Positions 12,207 through 25,233 of a stretch of DNA of 51,941 bases are shown in pieces; position 1 is the stretch's first letter, and each line of letters starts with the position of its first letter. The DNA is taken from contig NC_068989.1 in assembly GCF_001194135.2 (NCBI RefSeq), forward strand, positions 45,218,665 to 45,270,605, written 5' to 3'. The translations under genes were made by a program, and so were the position numbers. The notes under the pieces were generated by a model. It had not been told where the DNA came from and searched no databases. It saw nothing but the letters and a program-made list of their open reading frames with translations. This DNA is from Octopus bimaculoides (taxonomy: Eukaryota).

Positions 12207-12439
12207 CATACACATCCATATACATACACATACATACACAAACATACATATACATACACAGATATATACAAATGCATATGTGTGTGTGTTTACATATATG
12301 CAATGTGTGGGCACATATCAGGTGTGTAACTCATATTAACAGCGTATAATTTTCAAAAGTTGTATTCAATTTATACTACAGTGTAGGATATATTCGTAGG
12401 ATGTAGTAGTAGTAGTAGTAGCAGTAGTTGTTGTAGTAG

Positions 12440-12497
<58 letters not shown>

Positions 12498-12555
12498 ATA
12501 ATAATAATAATAATAAAAATAATAATAGTAATAGTAATAATGATAATAATAATAA
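11283..12555. repeat. (TA)n/(TG)n microsatellite block with an ~810-N gap, followed by (TAC)n/(TAA)n
   Basis: Directly visible. The long X-rich ORFs here are artefacts. Confidence 0.95.
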
Positions 12556-12924
12556 GCCAACGCGACAATGTAACAGAAAAAAACATGTTTATCTTTTCAT
12601 GCATAACCGGATCCAATTTTGAAGTTTTATTCATAGAACTAACTTCCTAATTGCGTTCTTTACGCTGCAATTATTTTTAATTTTAATTTGTAATTCGTAA
12701 ATAAATGTTAAAAATGTTTAGAATACAATTATGAAATTCATTGGCATGTTACATCGCTTACATTGTCTACACTCCTTTATTTTTTATTATGAGAATGGAT
12801 TATTTATTTTGTAAAAATTGCTATATTAAACAACAACGGTTAATTAAACAGCTTATATTTTATAGATAACATTTGTAATTAGTAAACTATCATGTGAAAA
12901 ACCGTGCTTTGTGCTTTTGGTTTT

Positions 12925-13700
12925 TACTCTATTATCGTACACAGATTTCAAACTTTTGGGTATATGCAGTGTTTTGCTTTTGTCTTTATGGTCTCTGTAA
13001 TTTTAAAAGTAACTTCAGACATGTACAGTGCTTAGTAATATAGTTAACGGTATACTGCATATATTTATAAAATCCTATTTTTTTTAGTTTTTATACTTGT
13101 TTTCATGGATTTCTTAAAACATTCAGAAGCTACCTGTTATAAACATTGTTTCAGTTTTCAACCCCACATTATGGTTATACTAATTTCTAGATCTTTATAC
13201 TTAGATAATTAATTTCTTCACTTAATTTTTGAGATACGTAATCTGTTGAGACTGATACCTCCCTGATTTCTTTTGACAATAATACTCGATTACTTAACCT
13301 TCATCTTATTGTCTTTGTGAATTAGCATTCCCAGTCTTTTCCTTAGGTCATTTTTGTTGTCTAATGCATTATTTTGCATAGCTCTCTAAAACATGGTTCC
13401 GATAAAAAATTTTTCCAGGATAAAGGGTCACGCATCCAAACTATTTCAAATTGGCGAAGAATTTCCACCCTTATGGCTTTTTTATACTTTGTCTATTAGG
13501 TTTTGTGAAGCCTAGATTTACTGAGAACTACCTCTCTTGGACACAGATGAACCGTATACGTAAGCATCATCAGTTTCCCCCTCATTATGCCTGACGTTTT
13601 GAGAATAGAAATAATCTGTGTTAGAAACAGCAGCAAAGATTAAGCAATGTACAACACTGAGCAAACTATAAGCACCCCCACCGCGAACATCAACACTGGA
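12925..13700 (-). mobile_element. Old, degraded R4/Dong-like 3' remnant (RLE domain and 3' end)
   Basis: The - strand at ~13207-13150 gives LSKYKDLEISITIMWG then, after a 1-nt slip, GLKTETM. At ~13050-13020 it gives TILLSTVH (resembles IALLGTAHIL). It ends in a degenerate 'tacgataata'. Confidence 0.6.
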
Positions 13701-13840
13701 AAGTACCAATGATCAAACTACAGTATTTCAGAAAATACTTTACTTTGACTTCTACATAGAACTAGATTTAGCATAATCTAATATACAAAATGAAAAGTTT
13801 TGGAACTGGAATGTACTAGGGATTCCTAACCCTAAACTAG

Positions 13841-14074
13841 TTAACCCTTTTCATACCAACCCACCAAAGTCAGCCACTGGTTCTATGATACAAACTTCCA
13901 GTTATAAAGTGACCTAAAGCAAAACTTTCCATCAAAATTTCATGTTAATTTATGCTCCAAACACAAGCTTAACAATGACAAAGTTATGTTACTAAATTCT
14001 TCATCATTTTGAAAAGTAATCGAAACAAAGGCAATGTATTACAACAGAAATGTGTTTTGATGAAAAAGGGCAAA
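13841..14074. mobile_element. piggyBac-like MITE candidate
   Basis: Left end TTAA|CCCTTTTCAT. Right end ATGAAAAAGGG is the reverse complement of the left end, but the right TSD is imperfect (caaa). Confidence 0.45.
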
Positions 14075-14613
14075 GCAGTGTAATTACTAGGACGTCTATG
14101 CGTCAGAATGGTTTCCGCATCGATGCGGTTTGGCTGATCAACATTCTTCAGAGGTCCTTTTTATTAAGGAGTTCTAAATAGTTTTCAAACTTCTTCACTT
14201 TGCTCATTCTTATCGGGAACATTCTTCACGATAAACTCTACAGGTACAGCCACGAATGACGATTTGTCTCCAAAAAATTGCTCAGTATCCGTCTATTTCT
14301 CAGCCTTGGAATTATGTTCAGCAATTCTTATAGAACATAAGACGAACCTCGATGTACACTAAGGCTATTATCAGTATCATTGCTATCCAGTACACTATAA
14401 AAAAAAATTAACAAAAGGCTTATAACAGAGTGTATTTAAATTTTTGCACAAGTCTACAGTCAATTAACTTATAACTTCGAGAATTTGTAATTCTCAGAAG
14501 AATCAAGTCTCGGAAGGATTTGATCACAGGACGTAAATGGGCGAATCTAAACGCCACAATGCATTTGCTTCAGCACGCAACTGCCACTGCTACGCATCTC
14601 CTTTAAGAGAGGT

Positions 14614-14999
14614 GGTTGGAACTCCGTCGGTTACGACGACGAGGGTTCTAGTTGATCCGATCAACGGAACAGCCTGCTCGTGAAATTAACGTGCAAGTGG
14701 CTGAGCACTCCACAGACACGTGTTCCCTTAACGTAGTTCTCGGGAAGATTCAGCGTGACAGAGTGTGACAAGGCTGACCCTTTGAATTACAAGCACAACA
14801 GAAACAGGAAGAAAGAGTGAGAGAAAGTTGTGGTGAAAGAGTACAGCAGGGTTCACCACCATTCTCTGCCGGAGCCTTGTGGAGTTTTTTTAGGTGTTTT
14901 CACCCAATGAACACTCACAACGCCCGGTCTGGGAATCGAAACCGCGATCCTACGACCGCGAGTCCGCTGCCCTAACCACTGGGCCATTGCGGCTCAACA
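14614..14999 (-). mobile_element. SINE family C, full length with 13-bp TSD
   Basis: TSD ctttaagagaggt at 14601-14613 and 15000-15012. Collinear with 8940-9324. Confidence 0.93.
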
Positions 15000-15092
15000 C
15001 TTTAAGAGAGGTATAACATAAATAATTTGTAAAGTGGGCAGTATCACAATTTTGGGCGAAGAATACTTTTTTTTGCTTCACGTGTCACATAA

Positions 15093-15305
15093 GGCGGCAA
15101 GACAATGAAATTCTTAGCATACGTAACAACATTTCTTAGCAGCATTTCGTCCGTTTTTACGCTCTGAGTTCAAATTCCACCGAGGCTGATTTTGCCTTTC
15201 ATCCTTTCGGAGTCGATAAAATAAGTACCAGTGAAGTACTGAGGCCGATGTAATCGACTTAGTCTCTCCCCGAAATTGCTAGCCTTGTGTCAAAATTTGA
15301 TATGA
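15093..15305 (+). mobile_element. SINE family A
   Basis: ggcggcaag...gagttcaaattccaccgagg..ttttgcctttcatcctttcggagtcgataaaataagtaccag...ccttgtgtcaaaatttga. Confidence 0.85.
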
Positions 15306-16439
15306 ATATTTCCTGACACTATATTGCTTCCTCCCCATCATCACCCTCCTGAAGTCTGTATTACGAACAATATTTAAGTGCCTATATTTCTTGTACCAAA
15401 ACAAGACCTTGCCCAAGAATACGAATGTTGGAAAATCTAAAAAGTTACCCAATTTAACTTAGACACACATTCATTAAACTTAGATAATATTCTACCAATA
15501 ATTCATCGATATATACTTAACCCCTTATCGTAAACTTCATTCCGTAAGTATATGTATATTCTTTTATTTTACTAGCGGGGCCCTTCAATATTTCACAGAA
15601 TTAATGGTAAAACTATTGGGTTATTTCTGAAAACTTTATCCAAAACACCTGAAAGTGTAGCCTGTGTTGTGTCTGTATGGAAAGATAGTCACTCATCTGT
15701 TACTCATTGAAAAGTGAAAGAAATGGGAATACGATGATTACTTAATGCACTTTATATATACACTTTATATACTTTATGTACAATTCTATAAACTTAATAC
15801 ACAGCACTCATAAATTAAATATTCTCTCTTATTTTGCCATTTTTTCTTATAAACAACAACAAAAAAATCTCACACATATGATACAATCTTTAGTTAAATT
15901 GCATATATTTGCGACATGAATAGGTGGGAATATTTCACGGAGTTACACTTATAAGCATGCGTTAAGTGACAGGTGATATAAAAAAAAAACAGTTCAATTT
16001 TAAAAAATACGCTTTTCACTATTCAATCACCACCATCATCATCTTTCTCTCCCTTCTCTCTCCCTCTTTTTCTCTCTCCCTCNNNNNNNNNNNNNNNNNN
16101 NNNNNNNNNNNNNNNNNNNNNNNNNNNNNNNNNNNNNNNNNNNNNNNNNNNNNNNNNNNNNNNNNNNNNNNNNNNNNNNNNNNNNNNNNNNNNNNNNNNN
16201 NNNNNNNNNNNNNNNNNNNNNNNNNNNNNNNNNNNNNNNNNNNNNNNNNNNNNNNNNNNNNNNNNNNNNNNNNNNNNNNNNNNNNNNNNNNNNNNNNNCT
16301 CTGGCTTTCTTTAACCTCACCATCAGAACATCACCTTTCTGCTAAAATTATATTTCAAACTCTACTCTTCTATATTATCACTACCTTCAACTAACTATTT
16401 TTAAACACGTAATAAATATTACGCCCTCGCTACCTTACG

Positions 16440-16710
16440 TCATGGACTCTTCTCTCTCCCTCTTTTTCTCTCTCCCTCTTTTCTTTCTCCTCCTCTCTGA
16501 CTCACTCTTCACTTTATGCTTTTTTTGTTTCCCCTTTTCCTTTCTCTTCTCTGTCTCCTCAACTAACCACGTGAAAGCGTTACAATTACATCCCCTCTAC
16601 CTCGCGTCACAGACGCTCTCTCTCTCTCTCTATTTTTCTCTCTCCCTCTTTTTCTCTCTCCCTCTTTTCTTCCTCTCTCTTCTTCTCTAATCACGTGAAA
16701 GCGTTACCGA
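16440..16710. repeat. Local tandem duplication of a CT-rich block plus a 21-bp motif
   Basis: ctaa(c/t)cacgtgaaagcgttac occurs at 16563-16583 and 16687-16707, each preceded by near-identical CT-rich sequence. Confidence 0.65.
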
Positions 16711-18274
16711 CAGGTTAGGTAATGAACTCAGAAGCAGAATGATTATAAGATTCTGCACCATATGTCGCGCGCGTGCACGTACGTATTAGAACTTTATTAA
16801 AGTTGAAAATGTACGCTTACTGTTTTTAAAATACTCAATAAAACACTTTGCCATTGGCATTCGAGTCCTATTTTTCTCCATTTCTCCATCTTCGTAATAT
16901 TTAACATATAGGAACAGGCTTGAGTGTACGGCATTCAATAACTTAAACTATGGAAGCCAATCAAAGACATAATGAAAATATGTAACATAATGAGAGAGGC
17001 ACTAGTGATAGGATTTCAGCAGCCTGATGCTCCAGCATGGCCGCAGGTCAATGAATGAAACAATAAAATGAGATGAACCACAGTTAATCTCAGTTAGTCT
17101 AGTTAAGAGGGGTAGCAACATCAATCTCTGGAATTTAAATAAAAATTAATTAAGTTTAATAACGTTTTTACTTATATAAGTAAAAAAACGTAAAGTACAG
17201 TCAACAGTAGCAATACTAAATGCTGACTTCATGGCATACGGGAGAGTAAATTAATTGATAAATTCCTGATCTAGTGGCCATTCAACGACAGCTGCGTCAG
17301 ACTTCACAAAACCTTATAACAATAACTAAAATACATTTATGAAAGACTCATAACAATAATCAAAAAAATAACTCTAGTTATGAAAAAACTGAACAGGAAA
17401 CAAGTGAATGCCCCAGCTTATTTAATTCTAGGGAAAAATAAAGTTCATTGAATCAACGCATAGATTAACATATATTACTATTTTAATGTGTAAATTTATA
17501 GATGTGTTCNNNNNNNNNNNNNNNNNNNNNNNNNNNNNNNNNNNNNNNNNNNNNNNNNNNNNNNNNNNNNNNNNNNNNNNNNNNNNNNNNNNNNNNNNNN
17601 NNNNNNNNNNNNNNNNNNNNNNNNNNNNNNNNNNNNNNNNNNNNNNNNNNNNNNNNNNNNNNNNNNNNNNNNNNNNNNNNNNNNNNNNNNNNNNNNNNNN
17701 NNNNNAACTTTGAAAGAAGTTCCACGCCAAGCTAGAAATAGAAGTCAATTCTTTCTCAAGTAATACCAGCTGCTTTAAAAATAAGGAATTAGATTTAAAT
17801 GTATTTGAAAACAAAAGAAAATGGTTATAGAAGAACTGTCTTTAGTCATATTTCTTGTAAATATGTACGAGAACGAAGCATATATATTCTTCAACTAAAT
17901 GAAGTCCTGATGTATTTAGAATTATAAGCTTGCAGTTAGCAACTAGTAATTTCGCCGGCTACCTAGGTGTCATACGTTTCATAGAAGAGATCTGACCTAA
18001 GGCTTACAAACAACAACACTAACAACTATAGTTTCTGAGCAGTTTGCACGACCTGCTAGAAATAGCGGTTGAATCTGTCAGGAATCATACTTTACCATTT
18101 TCCAACAAGTCAGGACGGACACTTTTGGATAATTCAACCCTAGATCTATTATGTCTAAAATAAGGTGGGATATGTCGTGGGTGGGACGTCTTTGATTAAA
18201 GATATATGTGTAAGCAGGGATGATAAGACACACCCATAATCATAGAACAGTCATTTCTTCTTTTAGAACATTAT

Positions 18275-18445
<171 letters not shown>

Positions 18446-18739
18446 CTTCGCTGCAGTTGAAGGACAATAAACAATTTCAACTGGTGACAATACTACATTA
18501 TCACAAGGCTGTCACGATTCAAAACAACACTAGCAACATCCAAATCAACAATAGTGGGAACAAAAAAACAAAAATGCAACAACACTGAAACAAACAAACA
18601 TTATTTACCAATGAATAATATTTCTTTCATAGATAATATTTCTTTGGTCATACAACTCGTATTTTTTCCCCAATATTCCAAGCATTATCGTCACCTTAAT
18701 CATTATGACTTGTTTGTGCTCTACACAGGACATTGACTC

Positions 18740-19090
18740 TCTACAGCAGTTATCCTATGCGCTCCGCCTTGTATATCTTGTTTTCCTTTTTTTCATCACT
18801 TAGATCCGTGTCTTCGACGTTATCTTCAGTTCCTCCTTTATTAATCTCCATTAGGCGATTCTTGAGCGCCCTGCCTTCTTTTTTCTCTTTGTGGGTTCCA
18901 ACCTGCGTGTTCTCCACATCCATCTACTCTTTTTAACATACGATCTACGCAACTCTTCATATATATCACTGTTTGTTGGCCAACGCGTTCCTACTGCGTT
19001 TTATTATTCACTATAGCAAGGTGCCTAATATTTAGGATGTTTCTGAATGTGTTCGCGAGTGTTTGGAGCTTTTTGCGGGTATTTGGGTTT
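18740..19090 (-). mobile_element. Degraded RTE-clade LINE C-terminal remnant
   Basis: The - strand gives RKKLQTLANTFRNILNIRHLAIVNN...RWMW...GWNP-like/KRKKKAGRSR. This resembles the RTE thumb region KLQTF.N.CLR.IL.I.W...WNP.G.RRRGRP. Confidence 0.5.
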
Positions 19091-19111
19091 ACTTACTATA
19101 ATTCTGCATCA

Positions 19112-19275
19112 GGCGCAGGAGTGGCTGTGTGGTGAGTAGCTTTTTTACCAACCACATGGTTCCGGGTTCAGTCCCACTGCGTGGCACCTCGGGCAAGTGT
19201 CTTCTACTATAGCCTCGGGCTGACCAAAGCCTTGTGAGTGGATTTGGTAGACGGAAACTGAAAGAAGCCGTCGTA

Positions 19276-19308
<33 letters not shown>

Positions 19309-19759
19309 NNNNNNNNNNNNNNNNNNNNNNNNNNNNNNNNNNNNNNNNNNNNNNNNNNNNNNNNNNNNNNNNNNNNNNNNNNNNNNNNNNNNNNNNNNNN
19401 NNNNNNNNNNNNNNNNNNNNNNNNNNNNNNNNNNNNNNNNNNNNNNNNNNNNNNNNNNNNNNNNNNNNNNNNNNNNNNNNNNNNNNNNNNNNNNNNNNNN
19501 NNNNNNNNNNNNNNNNNNNNNNNNNNNNNNNNNNNNNNNNNNNNNNNNNNNNNNNNNTGTGTTTGTCCCCCCAACATCGTTTGAAAACCGATGCTGGTGT
19601 GTTTACGTCCCCGTAACTTAGTGGTTCGGCAAAAGAGACCGATACAATAAGTACCAGGCTTACAAAGAATAAGTCCTGGGGTCGATTTGCTCGACTAAAG
19701 GTGGTGCTCCAGCATGGCCACAGTCAAATGACTGAAACAAGTAAAAGAGTAAAAGAGTA
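19112..19759 (+). mobile_element. SINE family B, full length, gap within the internal microsatellite
   Basis: ggcgcaggagtggctgtgtgg head, (TA)n then N19309-19557, 3' module, and gtaaaagagtaaaagagta tail. Confidence 0.92.
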
Positions 19760-19946
19760 TATAACAAGAAGGATTTGTCCTTCCTATTGAAAATGGATAT
19801 TTTAATAGTTTTGGACAGACCTTTGCCTTCCAAACAAGCTTTAAAATGCTGAAGGCATGAATCCCTTCTACAAAGCTTGCTTCAACATTTTCACTGTAAC
19901 TTCAGTTGCAGACACCACGTTTCTCAGACTCGCGAAATATTTCAAT

Positions 19947-20295
19947 ATCAGCATATCACGATCCACTGTGTTGATCGCTGTTGTTATTCGATGTTTTAAG
20001 GCTATCGCAGTTAGTGGGTAGCAGTGGAACATAAGTGCGAACGTTTACATACCTCCACAAGAAAAAATTACACACGGTAACGTCTGGGGATCTCGCAGAC
20101 CAAGCATATACGCGTCTAGGAGGAACTCTCTTATCGAATTGATATTTTCCGTGTTGCAGGTGGTCATCACATTGAACACTTTTAAGACAGGAAATAAAAG
20201 TTGATTCTGAGTAAATACTTGTGACTTATCTGGAGTTTTCTATTGCTTTTCCTTATTGCGTAATGAAATCGATTCATTGTTTGAATAACTCTGTA
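19947..20295 (-). mobile_element. Partial copy of the long-inverted-repeat mariner derivative (empty-site paralogue of 34352-35235)
   Basis: It is the reverse complement of the 34352-35040 region without the SINE. It shares the inversion junction cagacgcgta...cttggt..cgagatccccagac. Confidence 0.85.
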
Positions 20296-21174
20296 TATAT
20301 GTATATACATACATACATATATATATANNNNNNNNNNNNNNNNNNNNNNNNNNNNNNNNNNNNNNNNNNNNNNNNNNNNNNNNNNNNNNNNNNNNNNNNN
20401 NNNNNNNNNNNNNNNNNNNNNNNNNNNNNNNNNNNNNNNNNNNNNNNNNNNNNNNNNNNNNNNNNNNNNNNNNNNNNNNNNNNNNNNNNNNNNNNNNNNN
20501 NNNNNNNNNNNNNNNNNNNNNNNNNNNNNNNNNNNNNNNNNNNNNNNNNNNNNNNNNNNNNNNNNNNNNNNNNNNNNNNNNNNNNNNNNNNNNNNNNNNN
20601 NNNNNNNNNNNNNNNNNNNNNNNNNNNNNNNNNNNNNNNNNNNNNNNNNNNNNNNNNNNNNNNNNNNNNNNNNNNNNNNNNNNNNNNNNNNNNNNNNNNN
20701 NNNNNNNNNNNNNNNNNNNNNNNNNNNNNNNNNNNNNNNNNNNNNNNNNNNNNNNNNNNNNNNNNNNNNNNNNNNNNNNNNNNNNNNNNNNNNNNNNNNN
20801 NNNNNNNNNNNNNNNNNNNNNNNNNNNNNNNNNNNNNNNNNNNNNNNNNNNNNNNNNNNNNNNNNNNNNNNNNNNNNNNNNNNNNNNNNNNNNNNNNNNN
20901 NNNNNNNNNNNNNNNNNNNNNNNNNNNNNNNNNNNNNNNNNNNNNNNNNNNNNNNNNNNNNNNNNNNNNNNNNNNNNNNNNNNNNNNNNNNNNNNNNNNN
21001 NNNNNNNNNNNNNNNNNNNNNNNNNNNNNNNNNNNNNNNNNNNNNNNNNNNNNNNNNNNNNNNNNNNNNNNNNNNNNNNNNNNNNNNNNNNNNNNNNNNN
21101 NNNNNNNNNNNNNNNNNNNNNNNNNNNNNNNNNNNNNNNNNNNNNNNNNNNNNNNNNNNNNNNNNNNNNNNNAT

Positions 21175-21375
21175 ATTTATGTGTATTTGTGTCTGTGTTT
21201 GTCCCCCACTATCGCTTGATAACAGATGTTAGTAACTTAGCGGTTAGGCCAAAGGATTGATAAAATAAGCACCAGGCTTATAGAGAATAGGTCTAGTGGT
21301 CGATTCTTCAGCTAAAAAGGAGAGCTCCAGCATGATCACACTGAAATTACTGAAACAAGTAAAACAGTAAAAGTG
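21175..21375 (+). mobile_element. SINE family B 3' module, diverged (head possibly inside the preceding gap)
   Basis: gtgtctgtgtttgtcccccactatcgcttgataacagatg...ctccagcatgatcacactgaaattactgaaacaagtaaaacag. Confidence 0.75.
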
Positions 21376-21465
21376 TAATATACATGTATCGTGAAAGATA
21401 TTTGCCACCTTAATGTGACGGTCCCACAGAGTCAGAGATTTATTATTGCTATATATATATAAACA

Positions 21466-21872
21466 AAATAAGCAACAAGGATATCTAGAATGCAGTACGA
21501 TCGTTTCAAGCAACTCCATTTAATTGAGCAATGCAATCATTACATCAATTTAAATGCAAAACAATTCTAAGCTGCATAAAAACATAGAATTTGATTAAAT
21601 CAAAACAGATGGACACATTAGTATAATTTTACCTTAGTAGCTTCTAAGCTTAAGTTAAGACAGCATGTTCTTTGTCTCCTTACCTTCTTCGAGATTTTAG
21701 GTAAAATTATGCTAATGTGTCCATCTGTATTAATTTAATTAAATTCTATGTTTTTATGTAGCTGAAGATTGATCTGCGTTTAAATTGATGTAATGGTTGC
21801 ATCGTTCAATTAAAGGGAGTTGCTTGAAACGATCGTGCTGCATTACCTCTGGATATCCTTGTTACGTATTTT
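21466..21872. mobile_element. Foldback/MITE-like element with ~165-bp inverted arms and ~64-bp spacer
   Basis: Left aacaaggatatctag..atgcagtacgatcgtttcaagcaactcc...gatggacacattagtataattttacct pairs with right aggtaaaattatgctaatgtgtccatc...ggagttgcttgaaacgatcgtgctgcat...gatatccttgtt. Confidence 0.85.
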
Positions 21873-22677
21873 GATTTTAATCACATTATCTTGAAATTGT
21901 ATGGATGATACCGTACTAAAGTTTGGTGCCTCAACTTAAGTACCATATTCATCTGAATCTAAACTTTTGCTATANNNNNNNNNNNNNNNNNNNNNNNNNN
22001 NNNNNNNNNNNNNNNNNNNNNNNNNNNNNNNNNNNNNNNNNNNNNNNNNNNNNNNNNNNNNNNNNNNNNNNNNNNNNNNNNNNNNNNNNNNNNNNNNNNN
22101 NNNNNNNNNNNNNNNNNNNNNNNNNNNNNNNNNNNNNNNNNNNNNNNNNNNNNNNNNNNNNNNNNNNNNNNNNNNNNNNNNNNNNNNNNNNNNNNNNNNN
22201 NNNNNNNNNNNNNNNNNNNNNNNNNNNNNNNNNNNNNNNNNNNNNNNNNNNNNNNNNNNNNNNNNNNNNNNNNNNNNNNNNNNNNNNNNNNNNNNNNNNN
22301 NNNNNNNNNNNNNNNNNNNNNNNNNNNNNNNNNNNNNNNNNNNNNNNNNNNNNNNNNNNNNNNNNNNNNNNNNNNNNNNNNNNNNNNNNNNNNNNNNNNN
22401 NNNNNNNNNNNNNNNNNNNNNNNNNNNNNNNNNNNNNNNNNNNNNNNNNNNNNNNNNNNNNNNNNNNNNNNNNNNNNNNNNNNNNNNNNNNNNNNNNNNN
22501 NNNNNNNNNNNNNNNNNNNNNNNNNNNNNNNNNNNNNNNNNNNNNNNNNNNNNNNNNNNNNNNNNNNNNNNNNNNNNNNNNNNNNNNNNNNNNNNNNNNN
22601 NNNNNNNNNNNNNNNNNNNNNNNNNNNNNNNNNNNNNNNNNNNNNNNNNNNNNNNNNNNNNNNNNNNNNNNNNNNNN

Positions 22678-22735
<58 letters not shown>

Positions 22736-22754
22736 TGTATGTATGTATGTATGT

Positions 22755-23045
22755 ATTATAGCCTCAGGCTGGTCAGAGCCTTGTGAGTGGATTCCGTACT
22801 CGGAAACTGAAAGAAAACTGTCGTATAGATGTGTATATTGTGTGTGTCAGTATTTGTACTCCCAATATCGCTTGACAACCGATGTTGGTGTGTTTGCGTC
22901 CCCATAACTCAGTGGTTCAACAAAAACACTGATAGAATAAGTACTGAACTTACAAAGAATAAATCCTGGCGTCGATTTTTTCGACTAAAGGTAGTGCTCC
23001 AGCATGGCCGCAGTCACATGACTGAAACAAGTAAAACAATAAAAA
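22755..23045 (+). mobile_element. SINE family B, 5'-truncated and diverged
   Basis: tatagcctcaggctggtcagagccttgtgagtggatt...gtgctccagcatggccgcagtcacatgactgaaacaagtaaaac. Confidence 0.8.
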
Positions 23046-23105
23046 ACTATGCCATTTTTATTCCTAGCAACTCTGAGTATCTCTGCATGTATGTATATAT
23101 ATGTA

Positions 23106-23152
<47 letters not shown>

Positions 23153-23859
23153 GCACGCACATACACGCACACACACACACACACNNNNNNNNNNNNNNNN
23201 NNNNNNNNNNNNNNNNNNNNNNNNNNNNNNNNNNNNNNNNNNNNNNNNNNNNNNNNNNNNNNNNNNNNNNNNNNNNNNNNNNNNNNNNNNNNNNNNNNNN
23301 NNNNNNNNNNNNNNNNNNNNNNNNNNNNNNNNNNNNNNNNNNNNNNNNNNNNNNNNNNNNNNNNNNNNNNNNNNNNNNNNNNNNNNNNNNNNNNNNNNNN
23401 NNNNNNNNNNNNNNNNNNNNNNNNNNNNNNNNNNNNNNNNNNNNNNNNNNNNNNNNNNNNNNNNNNNNNNNNNNNNNNNNNNNNNNNNNNNNNNNNNNNN
23501 NNNNNNNNNNNNNNNNNNNNNNNNNNNNNNNNNNNNNNNNNNNNNNNNNNNNNNNNNNNNNNNNNNNNNNNNNNNNNNNNNNNNNNNNNNNNNNNNNNNN
23601 NNNNNNNNNNNNNNNNNNNNNNNNNNNNNNNNNNNNNNNNNNNNNNNNNNNNNNNNNNNNNNNNNNNNNNNNNNNNNNNNNNNNNNNNNNNNNNNNNNNN
23701 NNNNNNNNNNNNNNNNNNNNNNNNNNNNNNNNNNNNNNNNNNNNNNNNNNNNNNNNNNNNNNNNNNNNNNNNNNNNNNNNNNNNNNNNNNNNNNNNNNNN
23801 NNNNNNNNNNNNNNNNNNNNNNNNNNNNNNNNNNNNNNNNNNNNNNNNNNNNNNNNNNC

Positions 23860-23900
23860 AATCATCTCCACCCTACTACTACACCAGTTGCCGCTGCTGT

Positions 23901-23985
<85 letters not shown>

Positions 23986-24022
23986 ACTACTGCTACTACT
24001 AGTACTACTACTACTACTGCTA

Positions 24023-24074
<52 letters not shown>

Positions 24075-24075
24075 T
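23860..24075. repeat. Compound (TAC)n/(GCT)n/(TATC)n microsatellite
   Basis: Directly visible. Confidence 0.93.
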
Positions 24076-24489
24076 ACCGGTCGACCAGCTGGTTGTCCGT
24101 TTTGTTCCTTTCCTTTTGAAGATTACACGCCAACGATAAGGTGCCTACGTAGTCACTTTGATAGCCAGAAATAGCAGCTAAATCTCCAACTGACATAGAA
24201 ATGGACAAGCCAGAATTTTCTGATTTTCGTTTTGAATGTTTGGTACCTATTAAAACCGCTTCATTTCGGTGGCATAAAGAAGCCAATACACACACACGTG
24301 TGTCTGTGTGTGTGTGTGTGCGTGTGTGCATAAACACGCATATACATATGACACAGTCCAATAATGGCTGAACTGGTCGAAACGTCGAAATCATTGTCTG
24401 TATTATTCCTGTTAAGGAATAATATATATGTGGACATATGAGTATATCTCTGCGTGTGAACTTATATACGCCTGGATTCCAAACACATT

Positions 24490-24630
24490 CCCTCGGCCAA
24501 GTTCATTCACCATCTATTGGTCGACCTGGACCCATAGTATAAAACACTTGTCCAAAGTGCCGCGCGGAGGGATTGAATCTGAAACCAAGTGGTTTCAAAG
24601 CGGATTTCTTAACCACATAGTCATGCTTGT
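24490..24630 (-). mobile_element. Diverged SINE family-B head
   Basis: catagtataaaacacttgtccaaagtgccgcgcggagggattgaatctgaaaccaagtgg is the reverse complement of the family-B head and CORE-like block. Confidence 0.6.
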
Positions 24631-24689
24631 CATGACTTGAATAACTTTAATCATTGGTCTGGCTGCTCGATCAACGCAGAAGAGGGGAC

Positions 24690-24805
24690 TGCACCACGAC
24701 CACGACCACCACGACGACCACCACAACCACCACGATCACCACCACCACCACCACCACCACTACTACCACGACGACGACGACGACGACGACCACCACCACC
24801 ACCAC

Positions 24806-24836
<31 letters not shown>

Positions 24837-25233
24837 AAGAAGAAGAAGAAGAAGAANNNNNNNNNNNNNNNNNNNNNNNNNNNNNNNNNNNNNNNNNNNN
24901 NNNNNNNNNNNNNNNNNNNNNNNNNNNNNNNNNNNNNNNNNNNNNNNNNNNNNNNNNNNNNNNNNNNNNNNNNNNNNNNNNNNNNNNNNNNNNNNNNNNN
25001 NNNNNNNNNNNNNNNNNNNNNNNNNNNNNNNNNNNNNNNNNNNNNNNNNNNNNNNNNNNNNNNNNNNNNNNNNNNNNNNNNNNNNNNNNNNNNNNNNNNN
25101 NNNNNNNNNNNNNNNNNNNNNNNNNNNNNNNNNNNNNNNNNNNNNNNNNNNNNNNNNNNNNNNNNNNNNNNNNNNNNNNNNNNAAGAAGAAGAAGAAGAA
25201 GAAGAAGAAGAAGAAGAAGAAGAAGAAGAAGAA
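24690..25233. repeat. (ACC)n/(ACG)n/(AAG)n compound microsatellite spanning a gap
   Basis: Directly visible. It is the source of the poly-P, R, T, K and E ORFs. Confidence 0.95.

Noticed and set aside
13518-13720. ORF VLSSVDVRGGG... and an alternative frame FDHWYFPVLMFAVGVLIVCSVLYIA* after a possible acceptor, resembling a tail-anchor terminal exon
   Set aside because: It lies collinearly upstream of recognisable Dong-like RLE motifs on the same strand and has no partner exons, so a decayed LINE is the simpler explanation. RNA-seq splice reads would overturn this.
14116-14129. Perfect 14-bp palindrome ccgcatcgatgcgg
   Set aside because: Isolated, does not extend, and has no associated feature.
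15571-16800. Possible Helitron/Helentron (starts ACTAGC, internal CT microsatellite)
   Set aside because: No clear subterminal hairpin or 3' CTRR end, a gap in the middle, and no second copy to define boundaries.
17706-17765. Minus-strand QLVLLEKELTSISSLAWNFFQS after a pyrimidine-rich AG
   Set aside because: It runs into a gap, has no recognisable domain and no donor site is visible, so it cannot be supported.
19112-19180. tRNA-like sequences at SINE heads (also 34617, 37345, 38006, 46709)
   Set aside because: They have A/B boxes but no complete cloverleaf and continue into SINE bodies with tails and TSDs, so they are not tRNA genes.
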